A stretch of 64,000 bases of DNA from NCBI GenBank assembly GCA_000388065.2, contig KB932203.1; one strand, given 5' to 3'. A program made the position numbers and the translations under genes. The stretch's first letter is position 1. Every line of letters begins with the position of its first letter. This DNA is from Fonticula alba ATCC 38817. Lineage: Eukaryota > Protista > Nucleariida. The notes under the pieces were generated by a model that was given only the letters and a program-made list of their open reading frames with translations, made no database searches and was not told where the DNA came from. Positions 1 through 12,377 of the stretch are shown here, piece by piece.

Positions 1-2012
1 CCCTGTACATTGGCGGCGGGCGCAACCCCCTGGGCAACCCCCCCGAGGATATGGAGGCCTTCCGTACGTGTCCTGCGCAGTTCCTCCTCCTCCTCCTCCT
101 CTTCCTCCTCCCCTGCTTCCCCCCCCCCTCCGCTACATATACACATGGTGGCAGTTCATTGACATGTACCTCCTTCCTCCTCTCCCTCCTGGTCGCAATG
201 TCCCCCTTGTGTCCTCCTGATCAGTCCCCCCGATCGCCGTGGAGAACGGCATGATTGTTGCCGAGCTTAGCCAGGTTCCCAACCAGCCGATTATCTTTGC
301 CGATGAGGACTTCGGCCGCTCGGAGGGTATGTTTTCATCTTGCTCCCCAGTTTGTGCCGTTTGCCGGGCCCCTCACCTTCGTCTGTCGTCGCTCCCTTTC
401 CACTGATCGCCCTCTCCTTCCTCCCCTCCCCCCCCCCTCCCCCGGCCGCGACTTCCTTGCAGACTCCTTCCTGGCCAAGACCTGGAAGATCTTCATGCGC
501 ACCAACGAGCCCTACATTGTCGGGCGCTTCCCCATGGTCAAGGCGGCTGTCCGGGCCATGGACGCCATCCAGGAGTTCGCGGCGCAGCGCGTGCCGACCG
601 CCCCGAGCGTCGAGCGCTTTGCCGTGGTCGGCGCCTCCAAGCGCGGGTGGGTGAGCTGGCTGACCGGCGCGGTGGACTCGCGTGTTGTGGCCTCGGCCCC
701 GATCGTCATCGACGTCCTGGACATGTTCAACAACTTCAACAACATTTATCAGACCTACGGCCGCTGGCCACTGGCCCTGAATGATTACACTGAGGCCAAC
801 ATCACTCAGTGCCTCAACTGCCCGGCCTTCGAGCGCCTGGCCGACGTCGAGGATCCCCTGGTGTACATCGAGCGGTACAAGGAGCGTGGCGTGCCGGTCT
901 TCGCCATCAACGCCGTGAGTGACGAGTTCTTCGTGCCGGATGGCTGGAAGTTCTGGTACCCCTTCTATGACGGCGAGAAGTACCTGGCTTACCTGCCCAA
1001 CACCGAGCACTCGCTGGTCGGCCATGTGCGCCAGGTGACGTGCGTGTGCCCCCCCCCCCCTCCCCCTGCATCCCCTGCATCCCCTGTCGCAATCTCTTCC
1101 TCCGCCTGGGTTCTTCCCTTCACATTGTCCTGACCCATCGTCATGTGCCCGTGTCACTGCCGCCCACCCTCTCCTGCTCCTTTTGCTTCTGCCCCTTCCC
1201 TCCCCCCCCCNNNNNNNNNNNNNNNNNNNNNNNNNNNNNNNNNNNNNNNNNNNNNNNNNNNNNNNNNNNNNNNNNNNNNNNNNNNNNNNNNNNNNNNNNN
1301 NNNNNNNNNNNNNNNNNNNNNNNNNNNNNNNNNNNNNNNNNNNNNNNNNNNNNNNNNNNNNNNNNNNNNNNNNNNNNNNNNNNNNNNNNNNNNNNNNNNN
1401 NNNNNNNNNNNNNNNNNNNNNNNNNNCGTTCCCCCCCCCCCCCCTCGGCGCCCTTTCAGTGAGACCCTCAGCAGCCTCATGCACCTGCTCATCTACGGCG
1501 GCGAGCGCCCGGTCTATGACTGGTCCCTCGACCCGTCTGGCCAGCAGATTGTCTTCCGTTCGGAGACTCGCCCGGTCTCGGTGAAGCTGTACCAGGCCCA
1601 CAACAAGAAGGACCGGTCCTTCATCCTGAACTGCTACCTCAAGTGCAAGTGGGTGCCCACCGATCTGACGCCGGTCGATCCGGAGCAGAAGGTCTGGGTG
1701 GCCAATGTCGAGCTTCCGGAGACCGGGTACCGTGGGTTCTTCGTGCAGGCCGAGTATGATGTGACTGATGCCACGAGCCTGGTCCCGCGGCACCAGGAGG
1801 TCACCGGCGCTGGCCCGGCCGGCATTGTTGCCGGCACCACCCTCCCCGGCAGCGACGAGCGCATCTTCACCGTCACCACTGGCGTGTCCATCGTTCCGCT
1901 GGAGATGCCCCACCCCCCGTGCGGCGTCGAGTGTGACGACTGCGCGGCCTGCTCGCCCAATGGCGAGTTCGCGGATTGGGAGTTCTTCACCGACCCGGCC
2001 CCGGTCTTCTAG
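1..2012 (+). CDS. PhoPQ-activated pathogenicity-related (PqaA) family / Dictyostelium AprA-like alpha/beta hydrolase; 5' end lies outside the window. Exons about <1-63, 225-326, 463-1039, 1460-2012
   Basis: The spliced product reads VPNQPIIFADEDFGRSE-DSFLAKTW...FPMVKAAVRAMD...GASKRGW...DEFF...PNTEHSL, the motif order typical of PqaA (nucleophile G-x-S-K-R-G at about 630-647, then Asp and His). Intron phases are consistent with GT..AG splicing. Confidence 0.85.
1211..1426. other. Assembly gap (N run) inside an intron of the PqaA-like gene
   Basis: Run of N flanked by C homopolymers. Confidence 0.99.
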
Positions 2013-2503
2013 GTGCCCTTTCTCTTTCTCCCCCTCTCTCTCTCTCTCCCTCTCTCTCGCTCCCCCTCCTCTCATCATCCGCTGTCTCCAGCGCCATTAG
2101 GAGCAGGGCCCAACTGCACGTGTGAGTTCGGGCGCGCAAGAGTCGCCGGGCGTGCGTCAGTGTGCATGCATGGCAGCCGCCTTTTCTCCTCCCTCGTTTA
2201 ATATACCCTCCTGCTTCCTCTTGCTTGTGTTTTTTTTCGCTCCTCGCCAAGCTGCCCTCCCTTGTCCATGCCATGTGTTTCAAGGCTGTGAAGGGCGAGA
2301 GGCAAGTGATGTCCCAGAAGCCTCCCCCTCTGCATGCAGTGATCTTCTGACCCTCAAGATAAGGCACTTTTTTTTTTGATGAAAGGTGATACTCTTCAAT
2401 GCACAAGGGAGAATGGCCGGGATGCGAGTTTATCCGGAGGGCAGGCAAACGCCAGTCTGTCAGGCAGCGAGCACGCCTGCAGATATTTGAGGGGATACAT
2501 CGG

Positions 2504-5500
2504 CTATGATGGGGTCTTCCGTGGAGCGGCCGTGGTGGCAAAGGTCTGTGCGTCGGAGCTACGAGCGGTTTCCGACGTCGACTGGTCGGCCTCGTCACTC
2601 GGGCCCAGGGAGCCGGAGTTGTGCTCATCACCAAGTGCCTCCAGCTCACCGGAGTCGGTCTGGAAATCCAAGATGTTGCCATCTGAGGGTGGCTCCTCGA
2701 TGTTCAAGTTCTCATGCAGGTCCAGACGCAGGCGAAGAAGCTTGGACACGGCATTTTGCCGGTACTGCATGAAGGAGGCACGCGGACGATAATACTTGAG
2801 ATAGCCATCCCAGGGGACCGGAACCAAGCCGGCACAGCGGGCAATGAGCTTCTTCACGCGATCCGCGAACATGGTCACCGACTCCTCCGGATGGCGGGTC
2901 TGCGGCTCGAGGTAGTAGACATCAACCTGTGCGCGGGAGGGAAGGTGAGCCGGGGGTGCCAGTGGGGAAAAGGATAGAAAGAAGACCACACGAGAATTCA
3001 AGCGACGAGAGAGGGAGAGAGAGAAAGAGAGACAGAGAACGCACAACAAGAGCCCAGCTGGTCATCAGCTTGAAAAGATACCCAAGGAAGGACTCCTTCT
3101 TGGAATTCCAGAAAGCATCCGCGAAGTCCTTACTGCAAACGTCAAGCACAGGAAAAAAGGGGGGCAGGGCCGAAAGAACAGGACTGTGAGACAATTGGAT
3201 CGCGCGGGAAGGGGAAAAAGAAAAAGGGCAGAGGCAAAGGGGAGAAAAAAAAAAGAACACCAAAGGACGAGGGAGGGCGCACTTGTACTTGATGGCAATC
3301 GGGCAGACATCGGCGTCAAGCTCGAATGCCTGTCGGGGATGGGGTGGAGAAGGGAGTCAGCACCAGAAGGGGGAGTGTGGGCGGTTTGGCCACATAGAGG
3401 GTGGTATTGACGTACACCGCGCTTGAACATGACAATGTGCTTGTTGTTGACACATGTGCTGAGCAGGCGGAAGTGGGGGTGGGGATGGGGGCGAAGGGGG
3501 GGTTAATTTTGAGAAGGGAAAAGAAGACCCAGAAAGGGCATGGCCAACGGCAACCAAAGAGGGGGGGGGGGCACGGGCATAAGGTGCACATACCCTTCGG
3601 GGAAAATCAGCAGCGGCGACCGGTTGATGTCGTGAGTGTGCTCACGAATCCTACAGAGGAGAAGTGGCCCGCCCCACGCGGCCAGAGAGGGTAAACGTGT
3701 TAGAGGCAAGGAAGCAATAGGCTGCACAGGCTCAAGGCGGTGTTTCAGAACGCACTTCTCCGACACCATCTTGCGGTCCTTGGCCTCCATGCGGTTGAAC
3801 CAGAGGCAATCCGTGCCGGCCAGCACGGAATCCTGCAGCCAGCCCACAAAGCCGACGTGGCGCTGCCCAAGCATCGAGTAGATTTGGTCCACATTGAGCA
3901 CGACCACATCGATGAGAGAGGTGTGATTGGCCACGTATACCTGATTGGGCCGGCGAGTTGGAGGCGTGCCATGATACTTGATCACAGCAGAGAGGGCCAT
4001 GGAGAAGATGTAGGAAAGCGTCTGAAGACTGCGGCGCTATTGTGTCGCCCCGGGAGGGCCAAGTAGACATGCACATGCGCATGCCCATCCGTGTGTGAGA
4101 GCATGTCGAGCGAGCCGAAGGCCGGGGCGGGGGAGATGAAGGGAGGAGGGAGAATGGGAGAGACATCGTGGAGGGCCATGCGCCGGCACGTACCTGCCAC
4201 TGAATCCGGCGGCGAGGGGAGTTCTGGAAGATCAGCCCGGTGATGCCTCGCAGCAGGAAGAACAGCACAAACGCCGATATCAGAGTAAGGACACTGCAAC
4301 GTGGCAGAGGGAGGGGAGTGGGAGGGAGGGAGGAGATGTAATGTTAGATGTGTATGGGTGCGTGTTGCGGGGTGAGAAAAGTTGAGCGGGGGAGCAGGGA
4401 GGAGCAGAAAGAAGCAGGAAGAGGCAAGAAGAGACAATGAAGGAAGAAGAGGCAGGAGGAGACAATGAAGGAAGAAGAGGCAGGAGGAGACACTGAAGGA
4501 AGAGAAGGGACGGCGTACCGCAGTGGGAAGAGCACCACATAGCGCAGAACCACTCCGAGGCAGTACATGATGAAGAGATAAATGTTCCAGTTCCACCGCC
4601 GGGCCTTCTGCGGCACGAAGCACCGGGTGAAGGAATCATTGATGAGACTGGAGCAGCCTTCCCGCATGAGGGTCGAGAAGTCCAAGAAATGCAGGCCACT
4701 ACGAGACTCGGTCTGGATGGTGCGCAAAATGTCGTCCAGGAACATTTGATCGAACTTCAGCTGGACATTGTCCTCGTCCACATCGCCGATGGCCCAGCTG
4801 GTGCTCTCGGTGGCCATGCGCCGGGAGAGGGACCGATGCGGGCCGCCTCCCGGCGTCGACTCGCCAAAGAGCTTGGTCACCTTGGCCAGGTTCAGCTGCG
4901 ACAGCGGGGTCTTGGTGTGGGGATTGGGATTGCCGGAGTTGTGGGTGCCGCCAGTCGTGGCGCCGGTGTCGGGGTTCATGGGGCCGCGCATGCCGGCGGG
5001 CGAAGGGGCCAGCGAGCGCGTCGGCGCCGCGACATCGGCCGCCGGCGGGGCACGCGCATCCGGCTCCATGGCAAGGGCCCGGGACGTGCCTTGGGCATTC
5101 AGAGGCCCAGCTGGACCGACACCAGTCCCCAAGGACAGGCCTGACGCCGAGGGAATCGGGCTGGCCAGCCCCGACAGGGCCGAACTATGGGACATTGACC
5201 GATGGGCGTTCTGCAATGGGGCCAGGGGGGCCAGGTGCGAATTGGCCGTCTGGTGGAAGGTATGCTGGTGCGCCTGCTGGAACTGAACGGTCTGGTGGGC
5301 ATGCGGGAAATGATGCTGCGGCTGCTGTGCCGCCAGGGAGGCCAGATTGACGAATGAGTGCGAGTTGGACGGCAGCCGGGCGATGGACTCGCGCGAGGTG
5401 CTCACACTGCCGGCGCCCGAGGAGGCGGTGCCACGGCCATCGGCCGAGCGCTTGGGTGAGCCCGAAGGTCCTCCAGCTGGGCGGGTCGGCCGGGAGCTTC

Positions 5501-6155
5501 CCCCGGTGGCCGAGGCCCCGCCACGGGACCCGGTGGTGGCCGGCGCGGCGGCGGCGGCCGAGGCACTGTCGGCATCAGCATGAGACCCGACAGCGGGACT
5601 GGTGTCGTTGCTGCCCTCCAGGGAGGAGGGGCTGGCGTCGTCCGGAGTGCCTTCAATGTCCCCAGTGGCCAGGGCCTTGAGCGAGTCGTCGGACTCCTCG
5701 CCGGCATTGCCGGTCTCATCATCGTCATCCATGGCGTTGATGGACCAAATGGTCACTTGCCCGGCGGACCGGGGGCTGCCAACCGCATCCGGCCGCGGGG
5801 ACAAAGCCTCCTTCAGGAGAGACGTCGGCGAAAGGGCCGAAATGACGCCGGAGTTGGAGGACACCGGCAGGGGCGTCGTCTCGACCGTCAGCGAGGGAGG
5901 GCCGGCGGCGGGGGCGTCAGCGACAGCCAGTGAGGGGTCGCCATCCGAAGAGGGAGCCGACGAGGGGGGCTGGCTGGGGGTGGCATTGGGGGCCTCGTCG
6001 TCGGCATGCGTGCCGTCGGACGGGCTGGAAAGGGGATCATGCTCCTGGCCGGTCATGATGGCGGCAAGAGGAGGGCTGGCCGGGGAGGGGGGCGCGTCGG
6101 AATCGTCGCTGTGGTTGACCTCTTCGAAGGAGCTGTCCCCGTCGATAGAAGTCAT
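2504..6155 (-). CDS. Glycerol-3-phosphate acyltransferase, GPAT3/4 (plant GPAT9) type, multi-exon, with a long low-complexity N-terminal extension
   Basis: Contains DSFTRCF..RWNWNIYLF..GVVLRY..LFPLR, catalytic NHTSLID (HxxxxD), LLIFPEG-TCVNN, FKRGAFEL, DAFWNS, MTSWALVVDVYYLEP and PWDGYLKY. Start Met at 6155 (MTSIDGDSSFEEV) is inferred. Confidence 0.9.
4433..4503. repeat. 28-bp minisatellite (gacaatgaaggaagaagaggcaggagga), about 2.5 copies, in a GPAT intron
   Basis: Direct copies at 4433-4460 and 4461-4488, partial copy 4489-4503. Confidence 0.85.
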
Positions 6156-6779
6156 CAGTCGCGTGGGAGGGGGCGAGGAGGGAGGGTAATGTGGGAGGTG
6201 TGTGTTTGCGTGGAGGAGAAAGGGGGAAAGGTTGGGGCGGGGGGGGGGGAAGAGGAAGAGGGAGAAAGAGGGAGAGAGAGAGAGAGAGAGAGAAGTCGTG
6301 CGGTGGGGGGCGGAGGGGTGCTGATGCCTCTTTCGCAGCGAGACAAAGACCTGGAGGGGCCTTTTCGGGGAAAGTGCCCTCACACCGGGCTCCCTGTGAT
6401 TCTCCCGGGCCCTGCCGACTGTGTTCCCCTTGCCGCGCCTTTCTCTCGGGCGCGGCCGCCTGGGCACTGGCACCCGGGCCCACGCCGGTTTTCGCCGATC
6501 GGGTGAGCGCCGGCCCCCAGAGTGGTTTGGGCGTGGTTTCGGGCACAATCGTCTGCGTTCCTCCCCTGGCTTGGTCCCTCCTCGCCCCACCCTCGATGCT
6601 TGAGGCGATCTCTCGCGGGCGTTCAGCTTCGCGACCTGGCGAGATGCTTCGAGCTTGGCCCCTCCCCGGGGGGCCGGGGTGGAGGGGGGCGGGGGCAACC
6701 GGGGCAGCCTCCCGCAAGTGGGTGGGCCAGTGTTGCAGGAATGACGCCGAAGCCGACGGGATGCTGGCGCCGGCGCGGG

Positions 6780-6780
<1 letters not shown>

Positions 6781-6812
<32 letters not shown>
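6781..6812. repeat. (TG)n microsatellite
   Basis: About 16 TG units seen directly. Confidence 0.95.
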
Positions 6813-6813
<1 letters not shown>

Positions 6814-7849
6814 CTGGGGTGGGGAGGGGGCGCGGCTGAGCCCCGGTCAGGGGCGATCACCTTGTCTGGACCAATCTGCCCCCGGCCCTGCGGGTCTCGG
6901 AGCTCCTGCCCGGTCAGAGCGCCCCGCGCAGGAACCGCGGAAAAGCCCGGGGCGGGGCTCTCCCTTTGGCCTGCTTTCTCCGGGCTTTCGTGCGGGCGTC
7001 TGCCGGCCTACCTGAACCAATGGCACATCGGCATCACCATTGGCAGCCGGCCCGAGAGGCGTCTGGAATGCTGTCCCTCCGCGGGGTCGGCCGCCCGCTC
7101 GGCACAGAGCACTGGAGCCTCTCGGCCCGCTGGTCGCACCCACCTGCGGCGGTCGGGGGGCATGAACGGCGGAGCCGTGGATTGCCGCCCCCCCCCCCCC
7201 CTGCCCATCTTACCAAGCATGCCTCCGGGGTGCGCGGAACACCCTGGCCCCGTCGAATAATCTCACCGGGCGTTGTCCGGTTCCCGAGTAGGTGGGGTCT
7301 GCGGGGGGGGGGGGGGGGGGGCGAGACTAACTTGCCTCAGTCCGGGCACCGCCCATTCACCGGGAAGGCTGTCTAGCCGCCTGCCTATCCCCCGCCCCCC
7401 AGGCCCAGGCCCTCGGCGGCCCCCCCCACCCTCGCCTCCGGGCCCTTCGCGCCCCCCGCACGGAGACTGCTAAGTCCCACCGGATCCGGGGCCGGCTGGC
7501 CGGCCGAGAGACACAAACAGAAAGGCTGATGCGCGCGCGCGGCCCACCGTCGGTTGTGTTTGCCTCATTCTGCGCAGGCACATACACTGCCCATATGTGT
7601 TGCGCGTGTGCGCCCGACCCCAAGCGCACCCGGGTGTTCATGGCCCCCCTTCCCGGCCCCACAGCCGTTGAGGCCCCCCTCCCCCCCCCCTCAAGGTGCG
7701 CAGGGGGCGACACTGCCCACACCTGAGTCGGTACGTGATGCGCCCACTTCGGGAACCCTAGACCACATGATCAGATCAGCGGGCATCATGGCGTCCGTCC
7801 GCCAGCCCCCACCTGCCTGGGGAACTGGCAGCGGTGGTCGTCTCTCTCC

Positions 7850-8170
7850 NNNNNNNNNNNNNNNNNNNNNNNNNNNNNNNNNNNNNNNNNNNNNNNNNNN
7901 NNNNNNNNNNNNNNNNNNNNNNNNNNNNNNNNNNNNNNNNNNNNNNNNNNNNNNNNNNNNNNNNNNNNNNNNNNNNNNNNNNNNNNNNNNNNNNNNNNNN
8001 NNNNNNNNNNNNNNNNNNNNNNNNNNNNNNNNNNNNNNNNNNNNNNNNNNNNNNNNNNNNNNNNNNNNNNNNNNNNNNNNNNNNNNNNNNNNNNNNNNNN
8101 NNNNNNNNNNNNNNNNNNNNNNNNNNNNNNNNNNNNNNNNNNNNNNNNNNNNNNNNNNNNNNNNNNNNNN
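7850..8170. other. Assembly gap (N run) flanked by (CT)n
   Basis: Run of N. Confidence 0.99.
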
Positions 8171-8438
8171 CTCTCTCTCTCTCTCACACACTCTCTCTCT
8201 CACTCTCTCTCTCTCTCTCACACACATCTTGTGCCTCTCGCCATATCCCACTTTCGTGTCCTCATGAGTGTTGGCTCGATGCGGCCGCCTTTTTGCCCGT
8301 TGCCCTCCCAAGCTCGATGATCGGCAAAGATCCTTTCCTGAACATGACACTCCCGACACCTGGGCCCTGTGCCTCATATCCCTGCGCCCGCGCGTCAGGA
8401 CATCTTCACCAAGGACAGGGCATTTATTTCCAGCAGCA

Positions 8439-10308
8439 TCAGGGCGACCAGCTGGCCTGAGAGTCCAGAGACATGGAGGAAGGCGCCGGATCGGAAGAGG
8501 GGTCCTCCTTGAGGATGGCGGCCTCCTTGTCGGCATTTGCATCCTTGCCTACGGCCTCCGTCGACTCGAGACGCAGCCAGGCGAAGGGGAGCTGACCAAG
8601 GCGATGCAACCGCACCAAAGCCACCACCAGCAGGGGCAGAACCACACCAATGCAAACAATCAGCAGCGCCAGGCCAAGCCAGCCGATCCACGAGGTCAAA
8701 GCCAGAGGAGACGGCCCGGGGAAGTCCCAGGACATTGCCGCCAGGAGGCCAAAGTGCGAAGAAGGGTAGATGTGCTGGGACCCGGTGCCTTGACGGTTGT
8801 CCCGAATGAGGGACGCCTCGCTGACCGCCAAGCCAGCTGTGGCCAGCGGAGACCCATGGAGAAAGAGGAAGTCCGGCCGCTCGGTGGCCACCCCGGTGAA
8901 GTCGTGATACGTATCACCGGCATGCTGGTTGCCCGGAAGAAGGCGGAAGCTGTCCATGAAGCCGCTGGCCCGCAGGAGATGCACATGGAAGTCGTCTTCC
9001 GACTGGGCAGCCATGTCACCGGTGGCCACCACCGGGATGCCGTGGGGATTGTAGTTGGAGATGCTCAAAACCTGTGTTTGTGTGTGTGTGTGCGCGCGCG
9101 CGCGTGCGTGCGTGAGTGTATGCGGAGGTGCATTCGCATGGTTAGTTTGGACTTTGCATGTGCGAGCCGGAAGGGGGGCACACGTGTAGCGAAGCCACAG
9201 GGCGCGGGCACAATCGAAAGGGCGGACAAGAAAAAAGACGCACCATTTGCAACGTGCTTTCGGTCAAAGCCGCCGGGGCATTGGGATCCAGCCGGGTGTT
9301 GAAGTGGTAGAAGGAGCGCCGGGAGGACTTGTCATGGAGAAGGACCCAGGAGACGGATCGCGGCGCGGTGTTGCCGAATGACATGCACCCCGGGAGGGAG
9401 GGCGTCTTACACAGGGAAAAGGTGCCAGATTGCAGGGGGAGGAAGCGTGTCCGGCGGAAGAGGATCGGATTGTGCAGGGCGATGCCCAGGCGCAGGTCGG
9501 CCACCGTCTGCGGGGCCAGGGCATACTGCTCGCCGAGGGCCGAAAGGAGCAGATCCAGGTGCTCGGTGGCCAGATCTTGCAGAGCCACCACATCCGGATT
9601 CCGGGAAGTGATGGCACTGACAAGGATGGGCATGCGCTCCGTCCAAGGGGGCCCGCGGGTGGATGCGCTGTCCACATTGAAGGAGAGGGTCCGCAGGAAC
9701 AGGCGAGTAGACGAGCGCCCGGCCGACGGGTGTTGCTGATGGGGGGGCGTCGGGTCCGTGCCCTCTTCCGGGCCTTCCACTTCCTCATCGAGGGGTGGCG
9801 AGGGAGTCGGGCCGGAGTCCGGCACGTTGGGAGTAGTTAGCACTCGAAGGACCTCGGCTGCGGTCGAATCCGAGTCGATGGCCACCCCGAAGGTGGCAGG
9901 GAGACCTGACTGGTCGGAGTCGGCGGGAGCCACTTCAACTTGGCCGAGCCCCGGGAGACGCCGAGACCGGGCCCGCCGCCCAGGCGGGGGAAGGGCGGCT
10001 CGCTCGACCGCCCGTCCGACCATCGATCGAAGGGTAGCGCAAGCCTGATCGTGGGTCCTCATGATGCCGGGCCAGCTGGCAGCCGAGGGGGCATGCCCAC
10101 GCGCCGGGACCACACGGCAGGCGGCAGGCTCGGCCATCGGTGTCAGGAGCACCTCAACGCAGGCACCACTCGGATCATCTCCAGGACAAACCACAGCCCG
10201 AGAGTGCACACCAGCAGGAGGGGCCTCGGCCAGCCCGGCAGCCAGCAGGCCCGCCAGGACCAGGAGCAAGGCAGCCCAGGTGCGTGGGCCGACCGGACAG
10301 GGGGGCAT
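8439..10308 (-). CDS. EEP (endonuclease/exonuclease/phosphatase) superfamily protein A: signal peptide, degenerate catalytic motifs, C-terminal TM helix. Exons 10308-9244 and 9071-8439
   Basis: Hydrophobic N-terminus (WAALLLVLAGLLAAGLA), then RTLSFNV, PDVVALQD, NPILFRR, SGTFSL, GDM, GFMDSFR, TYHDF, RPDFLF, YPSSHF. C-terminal hydrophobic stretch WIGWLGLALLIVCIGVVLPLLVVALV. One phase-0 GTGCGT..CAG intron joins the two ORFs. Confidence 0.85.
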
Positions 10309-11426
10309 ACGTCGGTAGATGTGCCAAGTCCAGAGACAGGGCTCGAGAGCGAAGAGTCAACGCGCGTGCTGGTGATCGATGGGCCAAGGAGCGGGGATGT
10401 GAGGGAGTGGGGCCCGGGGCGGCAAAGGTGCTTCGGGGAGGGACGGGAAGGGAGGGGGGGGGGAGGAGAGTAGCCATGTGCCAGGGTGGAGAGGAGGAGG
10501 CACTCCCCTGGTTGTGAGTTGCCGAGAGGGCGGAAGCTTTTGTGTCTGGCCCACAGTCGGTGACTGGCGCCGGGATCTCGGCCCACGCCCCCGGGGGATA
10601 TCCCTCTCCGGGGGTTCTGAAACAACGAAGTCCGCGACGTTCCCAAAGGGGCGAGTCGGGCGCGGGGGGGGGGGGGGGGGGGGGGCCAAAATGAAGGCAC
10701 CGCTCGATCAACCGCCGGGCGCCGCGCCGACGGTTCGGCAGGAGGACAAAAACAGCAAGCATCTGTTGGTCTACATTCAGCAAGCCTTGAGGCCGGTTGC
10801 TTTGTTCCGCAGTGCCGGCCATTCGCTCGCAAGTCCAAGATCCAAGAAGCAGCCCCGCCTCCCCCCAGAGCGCGTGTAATTTCCGAAGGGGCAGTCACCG
10901 GGCGGCCCGGGCGCCTGCCAACGGAGTGCTCTTGTTTACAATCGACTTTTGGTTGAACGGCCTGGGGGCGGAAGGACAAACCCCAAGCGCCGGCCGGTCT
11001 TGGCCCGAGAGACGCGCCCGCTTGCGCCGGGTCTTGGGCCTTCAGGTCCCGACCGAGCCCAGATCACTCGGGCCTGCGCCGCAGGTCTCCCACAAGGGCC
11101 AGTTAGCAATGGAAGCAGGGTGTCCGGGGCGTGCAACATACAAAATACTAACGCCTCAGTGAGTCTAGCCCCTGGTGTTGGGGTCCCTAGGTCGATTTGT
11201 CCTGTCCAAACACATCTCGAGTCAGGCGCAGGGGACCAGGCAGATAGCAGACGCCCCCCGCCCCCTTCTCCCTCTCTCTCCCTCTCTCTCCCTCTCTCTC
11301 TGTCTCTCTCTCCTCCACCACAAGGGGGTTTCGCACGTCTCTTTGAAAGGACACAATCTATTTCGGACAGCAGGCAGGCGAGCAGACATTTCCAACAGGG
11401 AAGAGAGAGAGAGAGGGAGATGGCGC

Positions 11427-12377
11427 TCACTCGGATTCCGGATAATCAAAAGCCACTTGGGCCCAGATCGGAAAGTGGTCACTGGGGAAAATGGCACCAA
11501 GGGTCGGGTCGGGACGATACTCGCGATTGATGTTGGCATCCTTGACGGTGACCTGCCAGGCGGCTTCCGGCGAGTCGGCCTGCACAAAGACATAGTCGAA
11601 CTTGCGCATGGCCATGCCGGAGAAGGCGTGGAAGGTTTCCCCCGGCGAGGGGAGCGGATTCACCACGCGGAAGGTATCGATGAAGTTCTCACGCTGCAGG
11701 GCAAGCACCTCGGGCGAAGATTCCGATTGGTTGTTGAAATCCCCAAGCAGAATGACCGGCAGGCGTTCGCCATTCATGAGGGAAACCGTGCGAGCCAGTT
11801 GCTGGGAGCTGGACAGCCGCGATGTCGAAGAAACATGATCCATGTGCAGGCTATACACGAGGAAGGGCTTCTGCGAGGCCAAATCAAGGAGACGTGCCCA
11901 GGTACTGATGCGGGGGATGCTGTTGCCGTACGACTTGCAGGCCGGGAGGGAAGGCTCGTCACAGAACCAAAAGGTGCCGGATTCCAGAAGGGCGAAGCGG
12001 TCTTTGCGGAAGAAGATGGGCGAGTACTCGCCGGCTTGGTGGCCATCGTCCCGACCGACGCCCACATGCGCATACTCGTCCAGTCGCTCGATGATGAAAT
12101 CCAGCTGCGAGCTGAGGACCTCCTGCAGGCCCACCACGTCGTACCCCCGCTGGCCCATGATCTCGACGGCGTGCTCCCGGCGGTTTTCCCAGATGTGCTC
12201 GGCATCGCCGGGGTTGGCATACCGGATGTTGAAGGAAAGGAGATTCAGCTCAAGCGAAGCGCTCGGCAAGGAGGGGCGGCCACCTTGGTCTGGGGGGGCG
12301 GCGGCGTCGGCCGCGCGCGTCACCGCCAGAAGGCACACGAGCAGGAGGCCGATCAGCAGGCGGGAAGTCAAGCGCAT
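11427..12377 (-). CDS. EEP superfamily protein B, secreted, intronless, about 316 aa
   Basis: Signal peptide MRLTSRLLIGLLLVCLLAVTRAADA. Complete catalytic motif set: SFNIRY, GLQE, HMDH, GDFN, RKFDY, FPSDHFP. Confidence 0.92.
   Translation of the reverse strand: MRLTSRLLIGLLLVCLLAVTRAADAAAPPDQGGRPSLPSASLELNLLSFNIRYANPGDAEHIWENRREHAVEIMGQRGYDVVGLQEVLSSQLDFIIERLDEYAHVGVGRDDGHQAGEYSPIFFRKDRFALLESGTFWFCDEPSLPACKSYGNSIPRISTWARLLDLASQKPFLVYSLHMDHVSSTSRLSSSQQLARTVSLMNGERLPVILLGDFNNQSESSPEVLALQRENFIDTFRVVNPLPSPGETFHAFSGMAMRKFDYVFVQADSPEAAWQVTVKDANINREYRPDPTLGAIFPSDHFPIWAQVAFDYPESE

Noticed and set aside
6156-8438. ORFs of 60-280 aa in the GPAT/EEP-A intergenic region
   Set aside because: No recognisable motifs; they run through microsatellites or N gaps and are typical GC-rich spurious ORFs.
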